Position numbers and translations under genes: made by a program. From Candidatus Dormibacter sp. (GTDB lineage: Bacteria; Chloroflexota; Dormibacteria; Aeolococcales; Aeolococcaceae): a stretch of DNA of 64,000 nt. Under the pieces are notes generated by a model. The model ran no database searches and was not told the DNA's origin. It was given only the letters and a program-made list of their open reading frames with translations. Shown one piece after another: positions 29,995-37,919 of the stretch (positions within the stretch are counted from its first letter, which is position 1; every line of letters begins with the position of its first letter). The stretch spans positions 55,718 through 119,717 of the forward strand of contig JBDTJX010000077.1 in NCBI GenBank assembly GCA_039935655.1, written 5' to 3'.

Positions 29995-30705
29995 GTGAGC
30001 TTGAGCAGGCTGTACGAGACGGCGCTCCTCGGACCACTCGCGGAACAGCTTGTGGAAGCCATCGGGATTGCGCCGGGGATGCGCGTCGTCGACGTGCTCG
30101 GCGATGCGGGAGTCCTCACCAGGCGCCTGGCAGCCACCACTGGTATCGCCGGGTCGGTGGTCACAGTTGTCGCCGACGACATCGCTGCACGGGCGCTGGC
30201 ACAGGAGTTGCGTGAGTCGCGCACGATCGCATTGGAAGTCGTTGCCTCCCCTGACGAGCTGCCTTTCCAAGGGCGCGAATTCGACGCTGCCGCGTCGCTG
30301 CTGCGCCTCGAGGGTGATGTCGGGGCAGCGGCACTCCGCGAGATGGAGCGCGTCGCGCATCGTGCGGCAGCCATCGTCGCCGCCGGCAGCCGCCCGCTCC
30401 CCGAGGATCTGCTCGCTCGGGCGTGGCAAGAGGTGACTGCGACCGTCCCGCCAGAGTTGCGAGCGCCCGACGCAGTGCTTCCACCAGAGGATTGGACGGC
30501 GACGCCGATGCGCGACGTCGCCAGGTTCGACGGGGCGCAGCAACTCTGGATCGCGCTCTGCGATCACCTCGCCATTCGCATGGACGACGCCGAAGCCACC
30601 GCGGTCAGCCGGCACTTCAACGAGGCCCTGGTGGCATTCCAGGGTGCGGACGGCACCTTGCGGATCCCGGTTGAGGTCACACTCCTGCGTCTCATACGCG
30701 ACTAG
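29995..30705 (+). CDS. Class I methyltransferase-fold protein, with a weak or atypical SAM-binding motif
   Basis: In-frame GTG at 29995, 20 nt after the biotin carboxylase stop. Rossmann-like motif VVDVLGDAGVLTRRLA and a downstream acidic loop. The SAM-binding motif is weak or atypical. Confidence 0.5.
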   Translation: MSLSRLYETALLGPLAEQLVEAIGIAPGMRVVDVLGDAGVLTRRLAATTGIAGSVVTVVADDIAARALAQELRESRTIALEVVASPDELPFQGREFDAAASLLRLEGDVGAAALREMERVAHRAAAIVAAGSRPLPEDLLARAWQEVTATVPPELRAPDAVLPPEDWTATPMRDVARFDGAQQLWIALCDHLAIRMDDAEATAVSRHFNEALVAFQGADGTLRIPVEVTLLRLIRD

Positions 30706-30747
30706 GGAGGTGACACTCGCCTGAAGGAGCCAGTTCTCCTGGCGCTC

Positions 30748-30767
30748 CCGCCCGCGAGCGCGGGCGG
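30748..30767 (+). terminator. GC hairpin CCGCCCGCG-AGC-GCGGGCGG after the carboxylase/methyltransferase operon
   Basis: Seen directly in the sequence, 43 nt after the stop at 30705. No U-tract. Confidence 0.3.
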
Positions 30768-30799
30768 CGCGAGCGATCTTCGGATCGTATGCTGCACGG

Positions 30800-31432
30800 G
30801 TGAGCAAGGCCGCGGGTGTCGCCCTGGCCCGGGTGTTCTTCGCGATCCTGACTGTTGTGGCGATCGCCGTTCAGCTCATCGACCTGGCCGGAAAGGGGAG
30901 TCTCAACCCGGCCAACTATTTCAGCTACTTCACGATCGACAGCAATCTGATCGCTGTGGCGTGCCTCTTCGCCGCCGCCGCACGGTGGCGGGCCGAACGC
31001 TCCCGCAAGCTCGACTTGGCGCGGGGAGGAGCTGTCGTCTACATGAGCGTGACCGGGATCGTCTTCACCCTGTTGCTGTCGAACACCGATGTCGACACTG
31101 CCATCCCTTGGGTCAACACCGTGGTGCACGAGCTCATGCCGTTGGTGATCATCTCCGACTGGTTGGTCGACCCGCCGCCATCTCAGCTCAGCATGCGCGA
31201 AGGAGTGCTCTGGCTCAGCTTCCCCTTAGTCTGGATCGTCTACACCCTCATCCGTGGGGCCGTCGTGGGTCTGTATCCGTACCCATTTGTGAATCCGACA
31301 AACGGCGGGTATACGTCCGTCGCGGTGTACTGCGCTGGGATCCTTGTTGTCATGCTGATCGTCTGCTCTCTCGTGGTCATCTTGGCGAACGTCGTCGGGA
31401 GCGGGAAGCGACGGCGCGACTCGGGAAACTGA
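30800..31432 (+). CDS. Pr6Pr family (FAR-17a/AIG1-like) membrane protein
   Basis: Six predicted TM helices, with characteristic YFTIDSN and PWVNTVVH segments. GTG start at 30800. Confidence 0.62.
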   Translation: MSKAAGVALARVFFAILTVVAIAVQLIDLAGKGSLNPANYFSYFTIDSNLIAVACLFAAAARWRAERSRKLDLARGGAVVYMSVTGIVFTLLLSNTDVDTAIPWVNTVVHELMPLVIISDWLVDPPPSQLSMREGVLWLSFPLVWIVYTLIRGAVVGLYPYPFVNPTNGGYTSVAVYCAGILVVMLIVCSLVVILANVVGSGKRRRDSGN

Positions 31433-31664
31433 TCTGGTAGTCGCCGGGGCCCTGCGCCTCTTCAAGGTACGTTTGCGCTTACTGGCGTGGATGATTCTGT
31501 AACTCCGGATGCCAGCACCCCCTCCGACGGTGGCCCTTCGGGTGGCTCGCAAGCACTTCGAGGCAGCCAACGGAAACCTTAAGGCGCTGCTGGAGGCCGA
31601 TGCTGTGCCAGCGTGAGGCGGACGCGACTCATAACCCATCGCCTTCATCGGAGTTAAAGCTGTC

Positions 31665-32201
31665 GTGCGAGGATGGGTGTGGATTGGAGCGCTCGTGGTG
31701 GGCCTCTCGCTGGCCGCCTGTGGACCTGCCACGCCCGGGCCTTCGACGGCGTTGTCGACCACCTACGCCACGGATGTCGCGTTGCCGAATCCCACGTCGA
31801 TTGGCGTGTCATCCTTTTCCCCCTGTCCTCCGCTGGTCACAGGCTCACCGGGAATCGACAGCAACTCCGTACAGGTTGGTCCGGACTCCTACGACACGTT
31901 CGTGACGACGAATCAATGGGTGGGTCCCGTGAATGGATCGAGCGTTCATTGGTACCACGTCTACGCCGGAGCGACCGGGCAACAGGCGCAGCCGCCAAGT
32001 GTGCCCGCGATATGGGTCAACGGGACAACAGTGACCTCGGACCTCTGCGGCATCGACCTGACCGCGATCGGAACCTTCATCAATCGCAGCGCTCACGGCC
32101 CTCTCAGGATTGCCGCGGTGAACGGCGCGCTGGTCCACCTTTCGACTTCCGCCGGTGAGCACTTCGTCTTCGATCTCGCGACGCGCAGGTATACGAGCTA
32201 A
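31665..32201 (+). CDS. Putative lipoprotein
   Basis: GTG start. Signal peptide with LAAC lipobox (WVWIGALVVGLSLAAC). Ser/Thr/Asn-rich mature domain. Preceded by an AT-richer 230-nt intergenic region. Confidence 0.62.
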   Translation: MRGWVWIGALVVGLSLAACGPATPGPSTALSTTYATDVALPNPTSIGVSSFSPCPPLVTGSPGIDSNSVQVGPDSYDTFVTTNQWVGPVNGSSVHWYHVYAGATGQQAQPPSVPAIWVNGTTVTSDLCGIDLTAIGTFINRSAHGPLRIAAVNGALVHLSTSAGEHFVFDLATRRYTS

Positions 32202-32551
32202 GCATTCCCGCCATGCTGCAGCCGGCGGAGACAATCGGCGAGCGCGACGCCGCTCAACACTGCGCCAACGAACACCCGCGGCCCGGCGACGCGGTGGCGC
32301 AGGTGAACTGCGAGCATCGCAACATTGCCGGCGAATACGGTGCCGGCGACGGCGAGCGTCGGGGACGGCGGTGTCTCATCGCCTTCATAGGCCGTGCGTG
32401 CTGCGAGTGTCATCCACAGCAGGAGGAACGCGACGCTGCCAAAGGCGCGTCCAGGCGCTGACCGGAAGAGCGCTGGTCGGCGGAGCAGGAACAGCGCCGT
32501 ATCAGCCGTGCCGGCCACCGCCGCCGGAAATGCAAGGTTGGTGCGGTTCAT
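32198..32551 (-). CDS. Small polytopic membrane protein (DUF1772/anthrone-oxygenase-like)
   Basis: ATG (complement of 32549-32551) preceded by GGAGGGAGG. About 117 aa with 3-4 TM helices. The longer ORF extension is junk. Confidence 0.5.
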   Translation of the reverse strand: MNRTNLAFPAAVAGTADTALFLLRRPALFRSAPGRAFGSVAFLLLWMTLAARTAYEGDETPPSPTLAVAGTVFAGNVAMLAVHLRHRVAGPRVFVGAVLSGVALADCLRRLQHGGNA

Positions 32552-32582
32552 CGGGTTGCCTCCCTCCAACGTGTCGACGTGG

Positions 32583-33413
32583 TCAATACTCGCGTAGATT
32601 CGCGAACTCGCGGCTCGCTGGTCCGTCATTTCCCCCTCTCCGTTTCGAGCTGCGCGCGGGGACGAAGTGCCATGGCGCTTTCTCGGTGCTTGTGTGGCTC
32701 AGCACCTCTGAGTAGGCGCGCTGGTATTCATCCCAGTGCGCGCGTTCGGCCACGTCCGCAGGAGAGGACTTCCAGTTCTTGTCGGGGTCGTTGATGCGCT
32801 CGAGCAGTCGCTTGCGCTGCTCCCGCTTGGAAAGGTTGAGGCACAGCTTGACCACGAGGATGCCGTTGTCGACGAGGTGATGCTCCCAGTCATTGATGTC
32901 CCGGAAGCGCCGCTCCCACACGTCCTTGCCTCTGGCCTCCGCCGGTAGGCGCTGGCGTACGAGGTTGTCGGGGTGGACGCGGACCACGAGCACCTCCTCG
33001 TAGTGTGACCGGTTGAAGATGCCGATGTCCCCGCGCCCCGGCAACTCCCTGGTGTATCGCCAGAGATAATCGTGGTTGAGCTCCTCCACCGAGGGGACCT
33101 TGAAGCTGGTCACCCGGACGCCCTGCGGGTTGATCCCGCTCATGACGTGCTTGATGGCACCGTCCTTGCCGGCGGCATCGAGCCCCTGCAGGATGACCAG
33201 CAGGCCGTAGCTGTCCTGCGCGGCCAGGCGCGCCTCGTAGTGGGCCAGCTGCTGGACACCGGCTTGTAGCGAAGCCTCCGCGTCGCCTTGGTTCACAAAG
33301 CTCGCGGTGTGCCCCGGGTCGAACTGTCCGGGGGGTACTTTTGTCCCCGGCGGGACGCGGAGTTGGTGCGCCAGCCGGCGGAGCTCGTCGAGGTGCTGAT
33401 CGGTCATCGCCAT
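32583..33413 (-). CDS. Polyphosphate kinase 2 (PPK2) family nucleotide phosphotransferase
   Basis: Walker A LVILQGLDAAGKDG, then DYLWRY, then lid-region motifs. The C-terminal 25 aa diverge from the usual PADxKW tail. Confidence 0.85.
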   Translation of the reverse strand: MAMTDQHLDELRRLAHQLRVPPGTKVPPGQFDPGHTASFVNQGDAEASLQAGVQQLAHYEARLAAQDSYGLLVILQGLDAAGKDGAIKHVMSGINPQGVRVTSFKVPSVEELNHDYLWRYTRELPGRGDIGIFNRSHYEEVLVVRVHPDNLVRQRLPAEARGKDVWERRFRDINDWEHHLVDNGILVVKLCLNLSKREQRKRLLERINDPDKNWKSSPADVAERAHWDEYQRAYSEVLSHTSTEKAPWHFVPARSSKRRGGNDGPASREFANLREY

Positions 33414-33465
33414 GCGTCGATGGTCTCTCGCCCGGCCGCGGTGGCGTCCCGCTCCATGGCAGGCA

Positions 33466-33849
33466 TCAGCGTCCCGACGTAGACGCGCTGCTCACCTTGC
33501 GCAATACCGCGCTGACCGCCTCAACGGTGGTCGCCGGGTCGTCGACGCCGACGACCAACTGGGAGTAATGCTCGTGAATGAGACTGATGACGACGGCGTT
33601 GCCCGGATCGTGCACATCCCAGAATGTCCACTCGCCGCTCTTGAGGAACGACCCCGCCGTGAGCACTCCGGGAATCGCGGTGCCGGGCAGTCGCAGTCCG
33701 TGGAACGCTTTCGCTGCTTCGGTGGCATCCTGTGTGATCGCGGTGACGTGCGCAAGCGGTATGGTGATCGTGCTCGTGAAGGCGAGGATCCGGTCGACGC
33801 CGGTGACATGAACGGCGAGCAATTCGTCGGTTACTTCGACTGTGGCCAC
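33466..33849 (-). CDS. Hypothetical protein (about 127 aa)
   Basis: High-GC3 ORF. The likely GTG start (complement of 33847-33849) lies 7 nt downstream of a TATACT box on its strand, possibly giving a leaderless transcript. No recognised domain. Confidence 0.45.
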   Translation of the reverse strand: MATVEVTDELLAVHVTGVDRILAFTSTITIPLAHVTAITQDATEAAKAFHGLRLPGTAIPGVLTAGSFLKSGEWTFWDVHDPGNAVVISLIHEHYSQLVVGVDDPATTVEAVSAVLRKVSSASTSGR

Positions 33850-34033
33850 GCCGCGAGTATAGGTTCGGCTCCGCCCTCGCACCTGCCTGTAACGACGCGC
33901 GTACTCCGAGTTGTTCAGGGACCTCGTGGGTGAGAGGGACCGCCAGATGCGCCGGCGTCACGGGGGTACCCGATTCGGCAAGCACCGAAGCGCGTGTTGT
34001 GCCCGGCACCGCAAGACAGACAGAATATGAGCG

Positions 34034-35764
34034 ATGAGACTGGAGGACGACAACGGTGCTACAGCGAGCGCTGCGGCCTTCCGCGTGGCGCGGACGTCGC
34101 TTCTCACCTGGCGCGACGACTACGAGACAGCATATCGCGACTTCCGCTGGCCGGAGCTGACGCAATTCAACTGGGCGCTGGACTGGTTCGACGCGCTGGC
34201 GCAGGATCCCGCCACGTCGCCGCAGACGGCTCTCTGGATCGCCGAGGCGAGCGGAGCGGACGCGCGGCTCTCCTTCGCCGAGCTCTCGGCGCGGTCAAAC
34301 CAGGTGGCCAATTGGCTGTTGGCATTGGGCGTGAGTCGGGGTGACCGGCTGATCCTCATGCTCGACAACCAGGTCGAGCTGTGGGAGACGTTGCTGGCCG
34401 GGATCAAGCTCGGCGCCGTCCTCATCCCGGCGAGCACGTTGCTCACGTCCGGCGATCTTCGCGACCGCGTCCAGCGCGGCGATGCGCGGCATGTGGTGAC
34501 CAGCACCCAGAATGTCGCGGCGTTCGCCGACGTCCCCGGCGACTACACCCGGATCTGCGTTGGTGCATCGGCGGATGGGTGGCTGGACTACTCAGAATCC
34601 TCATCAGCGCCTCTGGACTTCACGCCGACCGGGGTTACCAATGCCTCGGATCCCCTGCTGCTGTACTTCACATCGGGCACCACCGCGCAGCCGAAGCTGG
34701 TCGAGCACACTCACGCTTCGTACCCGGTGGGACATCTGTCGACCATGTACTGGATCGGGCTGGAGCCCGGCGACGTCCACCTGAACATCTCATCGCCGGG
34801 ATGGGCCAAACACGCGTGGAGCAACGTGTTCGCTCCGTGGAACGCCGGCGCGACTGTGCTCATCCACAACTACACGCGGTTCGTTGCGGCGGATCTCCTG
34901 GCGGTGATGGACCGCTGCGGGGTGACCAGCTTTTGCGCACCACCCACGGTGTGGCGGATGCTCATCCAGAGCGACCTCACCTCCCTTGCACAGCCGCCCC
35001 GCAAGGTGGTCGGCGCCGGCGAACCGCTGAATCCTGAGGTGATAGCCCGTGTCGAGCAGGCGTGGGGGGTGACCATCCGCGACGGCTTCGGACAGACGGA
35101 GACGACGGTGGCGATCGCCAACACGCCGGGTCAGACAGTGAAAGCCGGCTCCATGGGCCGCCCCGTCCCGGGTTACACCATCGCCCTTCTCGACCCGATC
35201 ACCGGCGAGCCGGGCGATGAGGGCGAGATCTGTCTCGACCTCGGCCAACGACCGCTCGGCCTCATGGTGGGATATCGCGGGGAATCCGAGGGCGGCGACG
35301 ACGCGATGCGAGATGGGTACTACCACACCGGCGACGTCGCGTCGCGGGACGGTGATGGCTATGTGACCTATGTGGGGCGTGCCGACGACGTCTTCAAGGC
35401 GTCGGACTACCGCATCTCCCCGTTCGAGTTGGAAAGCGTGCTTCTGAAGCACGACGCCGTCGCGGAGGCAGCAGTGGTGCCATCGCCCGACCCGATGCGG
35501 CTCGCGGTTCCCAAAGCGTTCGTCGTGCTCGCGTCCGGGCACTCGCCCTCGCGCGAGACGGCCTTGTCGATCCTGCGGTTCAGCCGCGACAACCTCGCGC
35601 CCTACAAGCGCATCCGGCGCGTTGAGTTCACCGATCTGCCCAAGACCATCTCGGGGAAGATCCGCAGGGTCGAGTTGCGCGAGCGTGAACGGGATCGACG
35701 GAATGAAGGCGGCGCCAGTGTGGAGTACCGGGAGGAGGACTTTGCCGAGCTCGTCGCGCGTTGA
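34034..35764 (+). CDS. AMP-dependent synthetase/ligase (acyl-CoA synthetase family)
   Basis: YFTSGTTAQPK (AMP-binding P-loop), YHTGD and SGKIRR C-terminal lysine motif. Confidence 0.88.
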   Translation: MRLEDDNGATASAAAFRVARTSLLTWRDDYETAYRDFRWPELTQFNWALDWFDALAQDPATSPQTALWIAEASGADARLSFAELSARSNQVANWLLALGVSRGDRLILMLDNQVELWETLLAGIKLGAVLIPASTLLTSGDLRDRVQRGDARHVVTSTQNVAAFADVPGDYTRICVGASADGWLDYSESSSAPLDFTPTGVTNASDPLLLYFTSGTTAQPKLVEHTHASYPVGHLSTMYWIGLEPGDVHLNISSPGWAKHAWSNVFAPWNAGATVLIHNYTRFVAADLLAVMDRCGVTSFCAPPTVWRMLIQSDLTSLAQPPRKVVGAGEPLNPEVIARVEQAWGVTIRDGFGQTETTVAIANTPGQTVKAGSMGRPVPGYTIALLDPITGEPGDEGEICLDLGQRPLGLMVGYRGESEGGDDAMRDGYYHTGDVASRDGDGYVTYVGRADDVFKASDYRISPFELESVLLKHDAVAEAAVVPSPDPMRLAVPKAFVVLASGHSPSRETALSILRFSRDNLAPYKRIRRVEFTDLPKTISGKIRRVELRERERDRRNEGGASVEYREEDFAELVAR

Positions 35765-35791
35765 GGTGTCGCGAATGGTTCGCGTGTCCCC

Positions 35792-36385
35792 ATGGTCAAG
35801 CGAACCACGATAGGTAAGGCCGCGGCGGCAGTTGCCGGCGTGACCACCACAGCAGGCGTCGCGTACGTGCTTGTCGTGCGCGGTGCTCTCACCCTCGATC
35901 TCGGTGTGGGCAGGCGCACGCGCGCACTGGGGCCGCTGCGCGCATCGATCGCAGCGCCGCCCGATACCGTCTTCGATGTCATCGCCGGTCCGTATCTGGG
36001 CCGCACCCCGAAGGCAATGGAATCCAAGCTGCGCGTTCTCGAGCGCGGCGCCGACCTCGTTCTTGCCGCTCACCGCACGCCACTCCCAGCCGGGTTGGTT
36101 GCCACCACCGTCGAGACCGTGCGTTTTGAGCGTCCCCATCGAATTGACTTCCGATTGGTACGAGGACCGGTGCCGCACGTCGTCGAGACCTTCGAACTGC
36201 GGCGCATCGGCGATGGGACGGAGTTTGTCTACTCCGGGGAGCTGGGCACCGACCTGTGGGGTGCAGGCGTCTGGTGGGGTGACCGCGTCGCGGTGAAGTG
36301 GGAGCGAGTCGTCGAGGACTCGATCGCGTCGATCAAGACGGAGGCCGAGAGACGGACGCGGGCAGCCCGCACTCGGACGTCGTGA
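35792..36385 (+). CDS. SRPBCC (START/polyketide cyclase-like) family protein
   Basis: Length and hydrophobic-pocket pattern match the SRPBCC family. Follows the acyl-CoA synthetase after 27 nt. Confidence 0.65.
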   Translation: MVKRTTIGKAAAAVAGVTTTAGVAYVLVVRGALTLDLGVGRRTRALGPLRASIAAPPDTVFDVIAGPYLGRTPKAMESKLRVLERGADLVLAAHRTPLPAGLVATTVETVRFERPHRIDFRLVRGPVPHVVETFELRRIGDGTEFVYSGELGTDLWGAGVWWGDRVAVKWERVVEDSIASIKTEAERRTRAARTRTS

Positions 36386-36392
36386 CTGCGAC

Positions 36393-37259
36393 TCAGGCGA
36401 GCACCGGCGGGCTCACTCCGATGGGGTTCGGGTAGACCAGGCCACCGGGCCCTTGCAGCTTCGGCACCAGGTCCCTGAGCAGGCTGAGGAGCCGCTCCCG
36501 CCGCGACTCATCCATCTGGGTCCACGGCTCTGCGGCAAGCGCGTCTGTCGTGTCCTCGACCTCGGTGCGCAGGGTCTGCCCGGTAGCGGTGAGTGCGCCG
36601 CTTCCGTCGAGCACGCCGCGCGCTCGCAAGCGCTCCTCGGCACCCTGCCACTCGTCCTCGGACCAGCCGCGAAACCCGCGCATGGTGGGCGCGTCGACGC
36701 CATTGCCGTCCGCATGCGCGGTGATCACGGCCTCGAGGCCGTCGAGCCGATGCACGGTGAGAGCTGCGACGTGACCATCGAAGCGATGCTCACGGAGCAG
36801 GGTGCACGCATGCCACAGGGCCAGGTGAGGTGGGCTTGGCATCGGCAAACCGGCGTGGCCGGCGTACAGCGGCCGCCCATCCTCGCGCAGGTATGTCGCG
36901 GCCTCACGCGCGATATCTGCCGCCTCGGCCACGCTGGGGGAGTCGGCGTCGGCGCCCCAGAGGCGGCGCAGTGCGGTGTCCACAATGTCGAGCCGGGCGG
37001 CGAGGACGCGCTCGGGGCTGGAGAATCTCCAAGCATCGGGGATGGCGCGGTGCACCATCGCCGGGCTGAAGTTGTGGAAGACGGCGGTGACCACCTCGGG
37101 ACCGACCGCTCCCATGGGCGCCGACCGCGAGGCGAAGTAGCCCATCCAGCCACCGCGCAGCCCCGCCTCTGCGTACCGCTCGCGGGACTCGGGGACGAAG
37201 TACACGATGGCACTGATCGGCTCGAAATGGGTCCAGGCGCGTCGGGCCGGGCTGAGCAT
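36393..37259 (-). CDS. Hypothetical helical protein
   Basis: 288-aa high-GC3 ORF with N-terminal MLSPARRAWTHFEPISAIVYF. No catalytic motif recognised. Confidence 0.55.
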   Translation of the reverse strand: MLSPARRAWTHFEPISAIVYFVPESRERYAEAGLRGGWMGYFASRSAPMGAVGPEVVTAVFHNFSPAMVHRAIPDAWRFSSPERVLAARLDIVDTALRRLWGADADSPSVAEAADIAREAATYLREDGRPLYAGHAGLPMPSPPHLALWHACTLLREHRFDGHVAALTVHRLDGLEAVITAHADGNGVDAPTMRGFRGWSEDEWQGAEERLRARGVLDGSGALTATGQTLRTEVEDTTDALAAEPWTQMDESRRERLLSLLRDLVPKLQGPGGLVYPNPIGVSPPVLA

Positions 37260-37269
37260 GCGGCCCGAA

Positions 37270-37842
37270 TCATGCGCCTGCCGCCCGGGGGGTTGCCGTC
37301 AGCTCATCCGCGCTTGACCGCGCAGGCTCCCTGGCCACCGTTGGCCTCGTTGCTCCACATCGGCTGTACGGCGAAGTTGGCGCCGCCGAGGCTGATGTTC
37401 TGGAGGCCGCTCCAGGCGCACTTGTCACCGTTCTCGCTGGTCGTCCTTGTTGACTGTGTCGATCCCGCACCCCGCACCCTGTTCGGGCACATACCGGGAT
37501 AAATGTGTAGCGAACGCCGTGGCCGGTGGTGTGGTGCGTCTCCGAGTGATAGCCGCAGTACACGGTGCCGTACCCGGTGGCCACGATGCCCGGCTCGGTG
37601 AGGATGAGATACGTGGCGTTGATGTTGTAGCCGAAGTGTTGAGCCGCGGCGAGCGCCTCGGTCTCGAGAGAGTCGTTGGTGGTGTTCTCAGCAAGACCCG
37701 TCGTGGCGATCGTCGAGGGCACGGCACCGGTGTCGAACCAGGTGCACTTGAGCTGTGCGGTCGGATTGGTGATGAACTGTGCGGTCGATTGACCGGCGCA
37801 CGAGAACCCTGGGTCCATGTTCTGGCAGTACTGGGTCTGCAC
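37270..37842 (-). pseudogene. Frameshifted and N-terminally truncated remnant of a Cys-containing secreted protein
   Basis: The protein-like sequence is split over three frames: QYCQNMDPGFSCAGQ...GYGTVYCGYHSETHHTTGHGVRYTFIP, then YVPEQGAGCGIDTVNKDDQ, then TSENGDKCAWSGLQNISLGGANFAVQPMWSNEANGGQGACAVKRG. There is no signal peptide, and only 77 nt separate it from the next gene upstream. Confidence 0.45.
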
Positions 37843-37919
37843 GCCCGCCCTCGGTTAACGCCGCTGTGCTGTGAATTCCTCCGCTTGTCGAGGCGAGCCG
37901 CGCACCTACACTCGGTCCG

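Noticed and set aside
28745-30807. ORFs 28745..30037 (-) and 29830..30807 (-)
   Set aside because: Antisense to the biotin carboxylase and the methyltransferase-like gene. Asp/Arg/Gly-rich.
31600-31660. CTCATAA segment resembling a tRNA-Met anticodon loop in the intergenic region before the lipoprotein gene
   Set aside because: The flanking 5 nt cannot form an anticodon stem (a-c mismatch at the closing pair), and no T-loop GTTCRA motif is nearby. Not a tRNA.
34790-37502. ORFs 34790..36178 (-) and 36453..37502 (+)
   Set aside because: Antisense to the acyl-CoA synthetase and SRPBCC genes, and to the 288-aa hypothetical gene. Compositionally junk.
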